Virus record (IMG/VR): IMGVR_UViG_3300047157_000171
Strand: one strand, 5' to 3'
DNA length: 64,000 nucleotides
From: a virus
The notes under the pieces are model-generated. The model did no database searches. It was not told the origin of the DNA and saw nothing but the letters and a program-made list of their open reading frames with translations. Position numbers and translations under genes: made by a program. The first letter of the stretch is position 1. The number at the start of each line of letters is the position of its first letter. Below, piece after piece: positions 37,384-47,386 of this stretch.

Positions 37384-38175
37384 ATGGCTAAATACACATC
37401 ACACATCAACCAAGACGAGATATCACATTATCTTAAAGAGTTAAGAAAGATTCCTGTTATAACACCAGAAAGAGAAAAGGAATTGTCTAAAATCATGTTA
37501 AACCCCGATGTAACCCAACGAGAGATTGATAAGGTACATAAAGAATTATTAGAGGGTAACTTAAGATTCGTTATAACAGTAGCTAAAGACTACCAAGGTC
37601 AAGGTATTGATTTATCTGACTTGATATCTGAGGGTAATTTAGGTCTTATGAAGGCGATTAAGTCATTTGATTGGAGTAGAGGTTTAAGATTTATATCATA
37701 CGCAGTATGGTGGGTTAAACAATCAATCTTCCAATGTCTAAATGAAAACTCAAGGACTATTAGATTACCTGTTAATGTTGTGCAAGAAGTACAAAAGGCA
37801 AAAAAACAAGATAAACGTGTGGAGGATATAAACCCACGTCTTAGTAATTTAGCACATGCAATTACCTTCGATGACCATATTAATGAGGAGGGTGATACTA
37901 TGTTCGATTTATTAGAGGATGCTGATGCGGTGATGCCAGATTCAGCTTTGGACGGTAAAGATATAGTTAAAAGACAACTCCTTAATATTATGGATGTCTT
38001 AGACGAACGTGAAAATGCTATCGTTAAAGATTACTTCGGAATCACTGGAACCCCAAGAACGTTAGAGGACATTGGTAATGATTTCGGACTAACAAAAGAA
38101 AGGGTTAGACAAATTAAAGAAAAGGCACTACGTAAGTTACGTAATGAGTCAGACGCAATATTTGACTACTTATAA
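37384..38175 (+). CDS. Sigma-70 family RNA polymerase sigma factor (short RpoD-like, no region 1.1)
   Basis: NLRFVITVAK, DLISEGNLGLMKA, FISYAVWWVKQ, TLEDIG..FGLTKERVRQI. Confidence 0.93.
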   Translation: MAKYTSHINQDEISHYLKELRKIPVITPEREKELSKIMLNPDVTQREIDKVHKELLEGNLRFVITVAKDYQGQGIDLSDLISEGNLGLMKAIKSFDWSRGLRFISYAVWWVKQSIFQCLNENSRTIRLPVNVVQEVQKAKKQDKRVEDINPRLSNLAHAITFDDHINEEGDTMFDLLEDADAVMPDSALDGKDIVKRQLLNIMDVLDERENAIVKDYFGITGTPRTLEDIGNDFGLTKERVRQIKEKALRKLRNESDAIFDYL

Positions 38176-38227
38176 AAGTTTGACTATTTATAGTGATATG
38201 TGTATTATTTAAAAATACTATGTCATT

Positions 38228-39754
38228 ATGAGAATACTTAGAGAACTACAGAAAAGAATATTCCCAACGTTGATAGCACTTACGGCATTGTCCGTGAGTC
38301 TTTCAGCTGCCTTTTATTCGGTAACGGGATTAAGTAAATTATTTGCGGGAGCGTCATTCCAAGTTATGGTAATGGCGGGTTCATTAGAAGTTGCTAAATT
38401 GGTGATAGCTTCGTTGCTATACCAATATTGGGGACAGTTAAATAAGATATTAAGAACCTATCTGTCAGTTGCTACTGTGATATTGGTGATAATTACATCG
38501 GTAGGTATATATGGATTCTTATCTGCGGCGTACCAAGAAACTGCAACGAAAACAGGAATCGTAGATAAAGAAGTTGAGTTATTAGAACTTAGAAAAAATA
38601 GATTTATTGAGAGTAGAGATTACTACTACCAAGAAAAAAAGTCTTTAGATGAGGGGATAAATCAATTAAGAAAAGGTTTATCTAATAACGTCATTCAATA
38701 TAAAGATAAAGAAACAGGTCAGATTATAACCACAACATCATCTTCAAACCGAAGAGCATTACAAGAACAACTTAAGAGTGCTATAGAACAAAGAAGTCAA
38801 ATCTCTATTAAATTAGAACAGGCGACAGATTCTATAAATTCAATAGAGGTTAAATCATTGACAGTAGAGACAGAGTCAGATTTGGCTGGTGAATTGGGCC
38901 CACTTAAATATTTGAGTGAATTGACGGAAGTGCCGATGAATAAGATTATCAATTACTTATTATTGGTTATTATATTTGTGTTTGACCCGTTAGCCATATC
39001 CTTAGTGATTGCTGCTAACTTTGCATTTGATAAAATAAGACCTAAAAAGAAAGAGGTTGATGACAATACGGAGGTTGGACCACAACCAATGATTTTAAAC
39101 GAAGAAGTTTTATCACACATAGAAAAAGTATTAGATAAAAAAGTTAGGGATGTCTCAGACCTTAAAGAACCTGATTCTGAACAAGGGGTAATGGTTGATG
39201 AAGAAGAAATCGACGAAGACAATATGTACGATGAAGATTACTACCAATGGGAAAAAGAATCTGTTGAAGAATTACATTTACAAGACATATCTGAAGATTT
39301 CGAAGAAGATATCATAATTGATAAATCCAACCAAGACGAGTTAATCAGAACAATGGCTAGTTTAGATAGTAGTGAAGTTTTACGTGAAATTAAGAAAGAG
39401 ATGACGCCAGATAAAGATAATTCATGGGATGTTACATTACAAGACGGTTTAGAGGAAGAAGAGGAATGGGATGAAGACCATGCCCTTGATTTGGTAATGA
39501 ACGATATGGTTAAAGATTTCACTGAGGAGGATATTCAAAAAATAATTGATACCAACGAAGAAGAAATCGAACCTAATGAGGATTTAAAATTGGCAACTGA
39601 AAAGTTTAAAGAAATAGTGGTTAATGACCCTGAAGAAGTGGTTGTTGAGGATACATTAAAAGAAGTGGAACCACCTGTTAGTAAAACTAATGTGTCACCA
39701 TATTTAAGAGTGGGAAACAGGGTAATACCGAGAAACAAGAGATATGGAAAATAA
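38228..39754 (+). CDS. Multi-TM membrane protein with a coiled coil and an acidic tail
   Basis: Three N-terminal TMs, coiled coil, ELGPLKY...IIFVFDPLA TM, very acidic C-terminus. Confidence 0.7.
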   Translation: MRILRELQKRIFPTLIALTALSVSLSAAFYSVTGLSKLFAGASFQVMVMAGSLEVAKLVIASLLYQYWGQLNKILRTYLSVATVILVIITSVGIYGFLSAAYQETATKTGIVDKEVELLELRKNRFIESRDYYYQEKKSLDEGINQLRKGLSNNVIQYKDKETGQIITTTSSSNRRALQEQLKSAIEQRSQISIKLEQATDSINSIEVKSLTVETESDLAGELGPLKYLSELTEVPMNKIINYLLLVIIFVFDPLAISLVIAANFAFDKIRPKKKEVDDNTEVGPQPMILNEEVLSHIEKVLDKKVRDVSDLKEPDSEQGVMVDEEEIDEDNMYDEDYYQWEKESVEELHLQDISEDFEEDIIIDKSNQDELIRTMASLDSSEVLREIKKEMTPDKDNSWDVTLQDGLEEEEEWDEDHALDLVMNDMVKDFTEEDIQKIIDTNEEEIEPNEDLKLATEKFKEIVVNDPEEVVVEDTLKEVEPPVSKTNVSPYLRVGNRVIPRNKRYGK

Positions 39755-40337
39755 TCAAAAGCCGTTTCATATTAGAAGAAAACAGAATAAGACTCAAATA
39801 ATGTTAACTCACACATCACGTGACTTAAAATTTTATTTTATGACTCTTAAGTATAGATACGGTGGTAAGTTTGAAAGAATACCGTCTTATATTATTAGTA
39901 AAGATGGTAAGGTAACCAATTTATTTGAGGCAAAATATAGTTCAAACTACTTTGGGACTAGAAGAATTGATAACCGAGCGATTATAATTTCATTAGAAAA
40001 TAACGGTTGGTTAAAAAAACATCACCTATCAGGTAAGTTTATGAACTGGGTTGGTGATATTTATTTTAAGAAGCCTTTCGAAAAGAAATGGAGAGGTTTC
40101 GGGTTTTGGGATTCTTATACTGATGAACAGTATAAATCATTATCGGACCTAATAATAAAGTTAAGTGAAGAGTTTGACATACCTTTAGAGTATGTGGGAC
40201 ACAACACTAAGATTACGGGGGTACAAAATTTTAAAGGTATTACCTCAAGGTCGAACTATTCGGATATACATACAGATGTATCACCGGCATTTGATTTTAA
40301 AAAGTTAAAACAATATATAGATGAAAAACACGATTAA
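39744..40337 (+). CDS. Amidase_2-like protein with degenerate Zn ligands
   Basis: Collinear with the 27178 amidase domain (IMLTHT, IIISLEN, YTDEQYKSL, TDVSPAFD). Confidence 0.65.
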   Translation: MENNQKPFHIRRKQNKTQIMLTHTSRDLKFYFMTLKYRYGGKFERIPSYIISKDGKVTNLFEAKYSSNYFGTRRIDNRAIIISLENNGWLKKHHLSGKFMNWVGDIYFKKPFEKKWRGFGFWDSYTDEQYKSLSDLIIKLSEEFDIPLEYVGHNTKITGVQNFKGITSRSNYSDIHTDVSPAFDFKKLKQYIDEKHD

Positions 40338-40842
40338 CGAATACGACCAAATTAAAACGTTACTTAAACGTTCAAGGGCGTTAACAGAACAAATTGATGA
40401 CAGACAAAGTATTGACGATGCGTCATCAGAAGACACTAAACCTGAAGAAAAGAGAGAAGAGTTCACAGTTTCAGGTGGTAAGATAGTTGTACACGGTTAC
40501 GAAACAGAAGATATGAAAGTAACTGATGAAGAAAAACAAAACTTCCAAGAGACTATGGATGAATTTGTTGAACAGGTTTCTGATTTAGTTGATTATAACG
40601 CATTACATCTTTACCCGGATAACATTGAATGGTCAGGTAAGTTAGTTAAATTTGACTTAGAATTCTTTTACACGTTAGGTGAAAACAACGGAGTATATCT
40701 AAACGGTCAAATGATTAAAATTGACGACGACTTTTTAGAGATGATTAGTAAGTTAAGAAACTACTATAAAGTATTCTCAAGTAAGTGGGCTAAATTAGTG
40801 GCTGCGAGAAAGAAAACAGAAATAGATGACGATTCTATATAA
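40321..40842 (+). CDS. Hypothetical protein
   Basis: 173 aa, overlapping its neighbours. Confidence 0.6.
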   Translation: MKNTINEYDQIKTLLKRSRALTEQIDDRQSIDDASSEDTKPEEKREEFTVSGGKIVVHGYETEDMKVTDEEKQNFQETMDEFVEQVSDLVDYNALHLYPDNIEWSGKLVKFDLEFFYTLGENNGVYLNGQMIKIDDDFLEMISKLRNYYKVFSSKWAKLVAARKKTEIDDDSI

Positions 40843-41722
40843 AATATTAGGTTATATAACTGATGGTTTGGGGTTAATTAAAAAATACCCTAAATTTTTC
40901 TTAGGTGTTGCTATTGCTATTTTTGTTATGTTATTCTTCAAACAATGTGAAGATAATAGACAACTTAAAAATAGTATTGAGCAATTAGAAGTTGATATAG
41001 ATAACGAATCTAATAGAACTTTAAATAATATAAAGGCGTTAAGGGACAGTGTGATAACAATCAATGAGACTAACACATATTTAAAAGGTGTTGTTAGGGT
41101 TAAGGATGGTGAGAACGAAATTTTATCAGAAAGAATAGGAAAACAAGTAGTTAAGATTAACACTCTAAAAGAAAAATTAGACGATAAAATTAAAATTAAG
41201 AATGTTTATGTTACTGATATTACTTCAGAAATTGAAACTAATGATGTGTTAACTCAGGTTGACAGGGACACTTTAGGTAATATTGGTATTGGGATAAAGG
41301 ATAGTAATCAGGTGTATTCTATTGAAACACAAACGTGGTTTAAGTTGATTCCTGATTCTACGAGTATGAAACTAAAATTGGTGGATAAGTACGGTTTCGG
41401 AAAAAGTTCACTATTAAAACAAAATTTTAATTTCTCATTAACATTATCTCAATTAGAGTTACCAGACGGTAATACAAGGGTTCTTATAACCCCGTATGAT
41501 ACTTTTGGTAATGAGATACCAAAAAGTCTATTATCGATACCATACGTTGACGGTGTTGATTTTATAGACATTGAACCACAGTTAATACCTTCACCAATTA
41601 AGAAAAGAAAAAGGACAGGATTTGGTGTAATGATTGGTCCTAGTTTTGGGTTAAATCAATTCGATGGAGCCTTCAGACCGACATGGGGAATAGGAATAAC
41701 TGTAGGTTATAAGATTTTCTAA
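40826..41722 (+). CDS. Envelope protein: N-terminal TM, coiled coil, C-terminal amphipathic beta strands
   Basis: FFLGVAIAIFVMLFFKQC; ends WGIGITVGYKIF. Confidence 0.6.
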   Translation: MTILYKILGYITDGLGLIKKYPKFFLGVAIAIFVMLFFKQCEDNRQLKNSIEQLEVDIDNESNRTLNNIKALRDSVITINETNTYLKGVVRVKDGENEILSERIGKQVVKINTLKEKLDDKIKIKNVYVTDITSEIETNDVLTQVDRDTLGNIGIGIKDSNQVYSIETQTWFKLIPDSTSMKLKLVDKYGFGKSSLLKQNFNFSLTLSQLELPDGNTRVLITPYDTFGNEIPKSLLSIPYVDGVDFIDIEPQLIPSPIKKRKRTGFGVMIGPSFGLNQFDGAFRPTWGIGITVGYKIF

Positions 41723-41734
41723 TATTTATTAGTA

Positions 41735-41983
41735 ATGGCACTAACAAAAACAGACACATTAAAGATTGAGAGAATGGTTCGTAAAGAGATGAAAGACTTT
41801 ATGAGTAGCAGTCGTATAAAAAACCTTGTTATCAAATCCGTAGAGGAGGAGTTATCGAAAAAAGGGGTTGTAGATAAAAAGCAAGTGGTTGACATTTCCA
41901 CTAAAGCATTGGTTGAGTTGTTCAGACAATTATGGATGAGAAGAAGTTTTTGGGAACAACCAGTAAAAAACATTAGACCGTAA
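41735..41983 (+). CDS. Hypothetical protein
   Basis: 82 aa; TATTTATT upstream. Confidence 0.6.
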   Translation: MALTKTDTLKIERMVRKEMKDFMSSSRIKNLVIKSVEEELSKKGVVDKKQVVDISTKALVELFRQLWMRRSFWEQPVKNIRP

Positions 41984-43044
41984 TGGATATTAAAAAAGAC
42001 ATAAAAAGCGCATTGACTACTCACATGAGTAAAGTAGGTCATATTAACCAATCAAAAGACTTAAGTAATTTAAGTAATATGATATCTGAGAAAACCGTAA
42101 AATTCGGAAAGAAAGATGTGTATGAGATATTAGATGAGGTTATGACTGTAGAAGGTGATATTGACGAATTAAGGTTAAACCCTTTTGGTTCGAATATTAA
42201 AGACATTGAGAAAGCATCTGCTAGTTTCATTAAAGTGTTATCTAAGAAATTACCTAAGTTAAAAGTTCAGGATTTACAAAGACTTAAAGTATTGTTTGGT
42301 CAGGTGGAGTCAGAATTGAGAAACGTTAAGAACCAAATTAATCTTGACGGTGTTGATGAGCCAGAACCGTCTACAAAAGAAAAAATTATTAATAAGGTTA
42401 AGGGGATGATGTCAGAAATCACAGGAGCCGCTTCGGCAGGAGGATTTTTAGGACCACTCTTTTCACCGATAGTAAAACAAAAAGGACCATCAAAACCAAA
42501 TAAGAATAAAAAGTCTTATGAGGTTAAAGAAGATAAAGGTTTCTCAAAGTACTTAGAAACTGATGAAAACCCTAATGGGGAAACTGACGGGTTAACTCCT
42601 GATGTTTTAAACAACATTATCTCTAAGATTGTAAAATCACATAATGATGAAGAAGAGACACCTAAAATGGATACAAAAGAGGCTACATTAGCGTCAAGTT
42701 CAGGGTCTTATGAGACACCATTCTTTTTAGCTAAGAATAATAAGAATTGGAGAGGTGCTGCTAAGACATTATATAAAGGTGGTAAATTTGTGAAGGTAAA
42801 GGATAAGTGTAAGACATTCCCATATTGTAACCAAGGAGATATAAAGGCATTAGAATTATTTGAAAACGGGAAGTACTCAACGTTAGCTGAGAAAGTTGCT
42901 GACAAAATGGGTGAAGACCCACTAAAAGTTAAATCATTAGTATTGAACAATATTGAAGAGTCATTATTTCAGACAAGGATGAAAGAAAAGAATGAAAAGA
43001 ATATTGAAAATTCAGAAAAAAACAATAAGATTAAGAATAAATAA
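41983..43044 (+). CDS. Hypothetical protein
   Basis: 353 aa, TAATG-coupled. Confidence 0.65.
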   Translation: MDIKKDIKSALTTHMSKVGHINQSKDLSNLSNMISEKTVKFGKKDVYEILDEVMTVEGDIDELRLNPFGSNIKDIEKASASFIKVLSKKLPKLKVQDLQRLKVLFGQVESELRNVKNQINLDGVDEPEPSTKEKIINKVKGMMSEITGAASAGGFLGPLFSPIVKQKGPSKPNKNKKSYEVKEDKGFSKYLETDENPNGETDGLTPDVLNNIISKIVKSHNDEEETPKMDTKEATLASSSGSYETPFFLAKNNKNWRGAAKTLYKGGKFVKVKDKCKTFPYCNQGDIKALELFENGKYSTLAEKVADKMGEDPLKVKSLVLNNIEESLFQTRMKEKNEKNIENSEKNNKIKNK

Positions 43045-43079
43045 TACTATAAAGATATTTATATTAAAAGACCATTAAG

Positions 43080-43970
43080 ATGAAACTAAATAAATTCAAT
43101 AAAGAACTAGGTAATATTATCGAAAACGTCGTAAAAGACGAAGTTCTTAAGACATTAAATATAACTGAAGAGGCTACGGTTTGTGAAAACTGTGGATTAA
43201 ATGAGACGGAATGTAAATGTGCCGTTAATGAAGAATCTGATGTAGACGAAGGAAATGCTTTTACAGATGCTAGAAGTAAGGCTATTGAAGCGGGTGAAGA
43301 TTCGTTTACAGTTGACGGAAAAGAGTATCCAGTTAAAGGAGATAAGGAAGAAGTTAAAGAATCTACTAAAAAAGTATTAACATTAACAGAATCTGAACTT
43401 ATATCTCTTATTGAGAAGTTAGTTTCAGAACAACAATCAGTACCTGGAATTGATGAATACAAAAAGGCTCATAAAGAATCAGGTAAGTTTAATAAAGATA
43501 ATGACGAGATTGTCTCTAAAAAAATGTCTGAATATACAGATGTTGAAGGAGGAGAGAAAAACGAATTTCCAAATCAAAATGGTGGTGAAGTAAAAGCCGA
43601 TAGAGTTGAAGATGACAAAGAAATCGAATTCATTGAAGATATGAAGGGTGGGATGACCGCTTTAGAGTATGACAGAACAAATGATGAATTTGAAGAAAAA
43701 GTAGAGAAACAACTTAAAGGAGATTCAACTCAAGGAAACGCTCAAGTTGATGAGGATAACGAACCATTAGGTAACGTAGTCCCAACAGAGACAGGTGAGA
43801 AGTTCGACAAAGCTCGTAAAAGACAAGGTCTTAACAAAGAAAAGAAAAAGGGTTACAATACATTTCCACAAAAGGTTGAGCAGGTTAAAGAGTCGTTGAT
43901 AAACGATAAAGTGTTATCAGATATGGATAAGATGAAGCATCTTGTTCTGTATACGAAAAAGACTCAATAA
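43080..43970 (+). CDS. Acidic hypothetical protein (possibly head-associated)
   Basis: 296 aa, E/K-rich; TATTTATA upstream. Confidence 0.6.
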   Translation: MKLNKFNKELGNIIENVVKDEVLKTLNITEEATVCENCGLNETECKCAVNEESDVDEGNAFTDARSKAIEAGEDSFTVDGKEYPVKGDKEEVKESTKKVLTLTESELISLIEKLVSEQQSVPGIDEYKKAHKESGKFNKDNDEIVSKKMSEYTDVEGGEKNEFPNQNGGEVKADRVEDDKEIEFIEDMKGGMTALEYDRTNDEFEEKVEKQLKGDSTQGNAQVDEDNEPLGNVVPTETGEKFDKARKRQGLNKEKKKGYNTFPQKVEQVKESLINDKVLSDMDKMKHLVLYTKKTQ

Positions 43971-44007
43971 GACTTGATATAACTTAAGTTTTTGGTATTC
44001 TTATTGT

Positions 44008-44478
44008 ATGAGTGATAATCAAAACTTTATAGTTACAGAGTTTTATCAATACCTTACTCAAGAGATGAATGAAAATCAAATAGAGGTATGGTTAAAGGCT
44101 AATAACATAATCCCCGAATATTCTGAATTATTCTATGATTTTGTTATGTCTTTGTATACTCTCGTAGAAATCACATACTTAGGAGACGATGTGGTGTCTG
44201 ATGTCGATGACAAACAGGGACACTTCAACTGGTGCTTTAACAAAGTTATTGACGACTTTGAGAAAGAAGGTATTGTGTTTTCACCTAAAGGTCAACACTA
44301 CGACTACTTTTGGTCATTCTTTAAAGATGCTTTTTACTACGAAGAAACTAGAGAGACCGTAGAGAATATAGAAATATTTTTTAAAAACCTGTTTAACTTA
44401 AAAGGTAAAAAGACTAAGAGTGAGTTAGATATGTATACTGATTTGTATAAAATATTAGAAAACGCATTAAAGTCTTGA
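44008..44478 (+). CDS. Hypothetical protein
   Basis: 156 aa. Confidence 0.6.
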   Translation: MSDNQNFIVTEFYQYLTQEMNENQIEVWLKANNIIPEYSELFYDFVMSLYTLVEITYLGDDVVSDVDDKQGHFNWCFNKVIDDFEKEGIVFSPKGQHYDYFWSFFKDAFYYEETRETVENIEIFFKNLFNLKGKKTKSELDMYTDLYKILENALKS

Positions 44479-44526
44479 CATAACATAAAAAAGTAATTAA
44501 CTTTTACATAAATAAAAACAATTGTA

Positions 44527-44700
44527 ATGGATACATTAACGAAAATTAAAGAATTAACTGAGGTATTATCTTATGATTCTCAGAAAGCGATTGAGAAAGG
44601 TAATAAAAGTGCCGCTACAAGAGCTAGAAAAACGGCACAAGAGATAAAAAATCTTTTACAAGATTTGAGAAAAGAGGTTTTAGACGCAACAAGAAAATAA
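44527..44700 (+). CDS. Histone H1-like Hc1-family small protein (not in the ORF track)
   Basis: 57 aa: MDTLTKIKELTEVLSYDSQKAIEKGNKSAATRARKTAQEIKNLLQDLRKEVLDATRK; KGNKSAATRARK signature. Confidence 0.8.
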   Translation: MDTLTKIKELTEVLSYDSQKAIEKGNKSAATRARKTAQEIKNLLQDLRKEVLDATRK

Positions 44701-44701
44701 G

Positions 44702-44881
44702 ATGATACATAAAATTGAATTATTCCTTTTTATCCTTTCAGTATTCTACAATACTACATTAGTATTTAAGATGGTTAGAAATGTTCTTAGAACACCACCA
44801 CAACCGTTAAACTTAGAATGGAAAGATATGTTACTTTGGGGTATTTCATTATCATACATTATAACCTATATTTTAACATAA
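44702..44881 (+). CDS. Small two-TM membrane protein (not in the ORF track)
   Basis: 59 aa MIHKIELFLFILSVFY...WGISLSYIITYILT; fills the gap exactly. Confidence 0.6.
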   Translation: MIHKIELFLFILSVFYNTTLVFKMVRNVLRTPPQPLNLEWKDMLLWGISLSYIITYILT

Positions 44882-44882
44882 C

Positions 44883-45332
44883 ATGAGTTTATATAATCAC
44901 ATAGAAAAAATGGAACCTTACTTCCATTCAATCAGAAAACATAAAGGATTTTTTATCATTGATATTAAATTACCAGATGATTGGAGATATAAGGACATTA
45001 CTTTTGAAAAGAAAGATGTTGTAGGTTTTAAAGACAATGGATTAAAAGACGGTAAGAGATTCTTATCTTTCTTCTCAAAGCAAGAAGAGATTGATATTGA
45101 AAATTCGGTTAACACGGTCTTAGAGGTTATAGAGTCAAACAAAGAGAGAGAAGCTAAAGAATCGTTATTAAGAGAGAAAATGGTTGAACTTAAAAAACAG
45201 TTTGAACAAACTGACTTAGATACCCTTAAAAGTTTAGAATTTGTCTTTGACTCTACTGAAGAAATAGAAACAGAAATAGAAAGTCACGATGAAGGAAGTG
45301 AATTGGTTGAGCAGGGAACTGAAGAGGGATAG
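44883..45332 (+). CDS. Hypothetical protein
   Basis: 149 aa. Confidence 0.6.
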   Translation: MSLYNHIEKMEPYFHSIRKHKGFFIIDIKLPDDWRYKDITFEKKDVVGFKDNGLKDGKRFLSFFSKQEEIDIENSVNTVLEVIESNKEREAKESLLREKMVELKKQFEQTDLDTLKSLEFVFDSTEEIETEIESHDEGSELVEQGTEEG

Positions 45333-45477
45333 TCTTGAGGTTAAAACCCACAAAGAAAATTTGATTAAACAAATAACTTCGTTAAATAAAGAGGTTATTT
45401 CGAACACCGTAGTAGTTAATACGGAGAAAAAACGTTTAGGATTGATATGGCGACTAAAAAAGGTGTTGGGGATATAA
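45289..45477 (+). CDS. Small coiled-coil hypothetical protein
   Basis: 62 aa, overlaps the upstream gene. Confidence 0.45.
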   Translation: MKEVNWLSRELKRDSLEVKTHKENLIKQITSLNKEVISNTVVVNTEKKRLGLIWRLKKVLGI

Positions 45478-45680
45478 TGAATCAATTAGGTATAATCTCA
45501 GACCTATTAGAAAAAATAAATTTAGAGACAGAAAACGTAAAAGTTGACATAGATTTAAAATCTGAAGAGTTTGATGAGATACATAATAAAGTAGTTCAAA
45601 AACGAGGGTTGTTTGTTATTCCTAAAAAATCTTTTAACGTAACAATTTCAGGTATTACATTCACATTTAGAAAAGTCTAA
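45447..45680 (+). CDS. Hypothetical protein (true start may be 45477)
   Basis: TAATG coupling at 45475-45479. Confidence 0.5.
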   Translation: MATKKGVGDIMNQLGIISDLLEKINLETENVKVDIDLKSEEFDEIHNKVVQKRGLFVIPKKSFNVTISGITFTFRKV

Positions 45681-46312
45681 TAAGAGTAATGACGATATAA
45701 GGATTCCTTTGGGAATCCATTTTTTTGCAGTAAAACGTATAAATCTTTACGTTGAGCGGTTGAAAAATCAATTACATACATAACATTTCCCATTCCATCG
45801 TCTAAAGACAGTTTACGAAGAATACTAAACAATCTCTGACAATCATCTATATTTTTAAGACCATAACCAATAATACTATCGTCTTTTTGTATGAATATCT
45901 TAGAATTAAGTGTGAAAACTTGTTTAAATTCGCCACCACGTTTTATTCGTCTATATAATTCTTCAGCATAGATAAATTCGTTGTTTTTATAATCCCATAT
46001 TTTTTCTTCAATATCGTAATCATCTAAATTTAAGAATGTATATAATCCTGAAGTGAATTCTGCTTTTTTATTTCTACCTAAATCATCTTTAAAGAATAAG
46101 TCAGGTGATGGTACGTCTAAAGTGGTAACTAACGCAATATTATATTTGACTTTCTCTTTATTACGAAAGACTTGCGGAAAAATGGGTTTATCTTTATTTA
46201 GATATTCCTTATATTTCTTTTTAGTATTGTTTAAGTTATTGGACCTAAACAACACTCTTCTTTTTTTCTTATTAGAAAAAAGAACAATACAATATTTTTT
46301 ATCAGTACCCAT
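45677..46312 (-). CDS. Hypothetical protein
   Basis: 211 aa; divergent from and abutting the dnaJ gene. Confidence 0.65.
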   Translation of the reverse strand: MGTDKKYCIVLFSNKKKRRVLFRSNNLNNTKKKYKEYLNKDKPIFPQVFRNKEKVKYNIALVTTLDVPSPDLFFKDDLGRNKKAEFTSGLYTFLNLDDYDIEEKIWDYKNNEFIYAEELYRRIKRGGEFKQVFTLNSKIFIQKDDSIIGYGLKNIDDCQRLFSILRKLSLDDGMGNVMYVIDFSTAQRKDLYVLLQKNGFPKESLYRHYSY

Positions 46313-47119
46313 ATGAATAATTATTACAAAATTTTAGGATTAAGTAAAGACGCAAGTCAAGAGGACATTAAAAAGTCTTATCGTAAACTTTCTAAAAAAC
46401 ACCATCCTGACATGGGTGGTGATGACGAAATGTTTAAAAAGATTAATGAAGCTTATAGTGTGTTGGGTGATGAGAAAAAAAGAAAAGAACATGATAATCC
46501 AAGACGTAGTTTTGATGATATATTCTCGTCAGGTTTTGGTTCTGATTTTATGGAAAGTATGTTCAATCAAGGTAGGTCTCGCAGATATCGAGGTTCCGAC
46601 ATAAAAATTGACTTAACTATCACGGTAAAAGATTCTATGATGGGGGGTGAAAAGGAAGTGTCTTATTATCGTATGACTAAAGATTTCAGAGAAGAAAGAC
46701 GTAGTATAAAGATTAATATACCACAGGGTGCAGACGATGGTAATCTTTTCAGAGTTTCAGGTGGTGGTAATCAAGGGGAGTCCTCACCGGGAGATTTAAT
46801 TATAATTATTAATATAGGTTCAGATGGTGTGTATTCAAAATCAGGTTTCAACCTTTTTTATAACTTAGAGTTGAACCCTTTAGAGATATTAACAGGTAAA
46901 GAGGCTACGATTGATTTATACCACAGTAAGATTAAAGTAAATATCCCATCGTGTGTTGATATGAATAAACAAATGAGGGTTAAGGGTAAAGGATTTAAAA
47001 CACGAAGAGGTTTTGGTGATTTGTTTATTACATTTAAAGTAAAAACACCAAAAGAATTATCTGAATATGAATGGAGATTAGTTGAACAACTAAAAAAAGG
47101 AGATAATTTTAGAGATTAA
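46313..47119 (+). CDS. DnaJ-class chaperone (J domain plus C-terminal domain, no Zn finger)
   Basis: YYKILGL...KHHPD...FKKINEAYSVL; G/F region; PGDLII; RVKGKG. Confidence 0.9.
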   Translation: MNNYYKILGLSKDASQEDIKKSYRKLSKKHHPDMGGDDEMFKKINEAYSVLGDEKKRKEHDNPRRSFDDIFSSGFGSDFMESMFNQGRSRRYRGSDIKIDLTITVKDSMMGGEKEVSYYRMTKDFREERRSIKINIPQGADDGNLFRVSGGGNQGESSPGDLIIIINIGSDGVYSKSGFNLFYNLELNPLEILTGKEATIDLYHSKIKVNIPSCVDMNKQMRVKGKGFKTRRGFGDLFITFKVKTPKELSEYEWRLVEQLKKGDNFRD

Positions 47120-47248
47120 CTCAACCATACCATAAAGAAACAAACTTCCTACGATTATCATTCCTATAATAACAGGTCTTTCAGTTTTTCTCAACTCTCT
47201 TTCGAGTTGTTCTCTCTGTTCTTTCTTTTTACATTTTGTACATGCCAT
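47090..47248 (-). CDS. Small CxxC/TM peptide (not in the ORF track)
   Basis: MACTKCKKKEQREQLERELRKTERPVIIGMIIVGSLFLYGMVELISKIISFF. Confidence 0.45.
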   Translation of the reverse strand: MACTKCKKKEQREQLERELRKTERPVIIGMIIVGSLFLYGMVELISKIISFF

Positions 47249-47323
47249 TACTTCACTATTTTCTTTAAATATAGTGGTTTTATGGTCTTTGTCAAACGAT
47301 TTTTAAAATTTAACTAAATAAGA

Positions 47324-47355
47324 TTTGCCTTTTACCTTTTTTTATACTACATTTG
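47324..47355 (+). promoter_or_regulatory. Bacteroidota housekeeping-sigma promoter upstream of the methylase
   Basis: TTTG-N20-TACATTTG. Confidence 0.7.
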
Positions 47356-47386
47356 TCTACAATAAAGTTTTAAAATAGAAAAAAGT

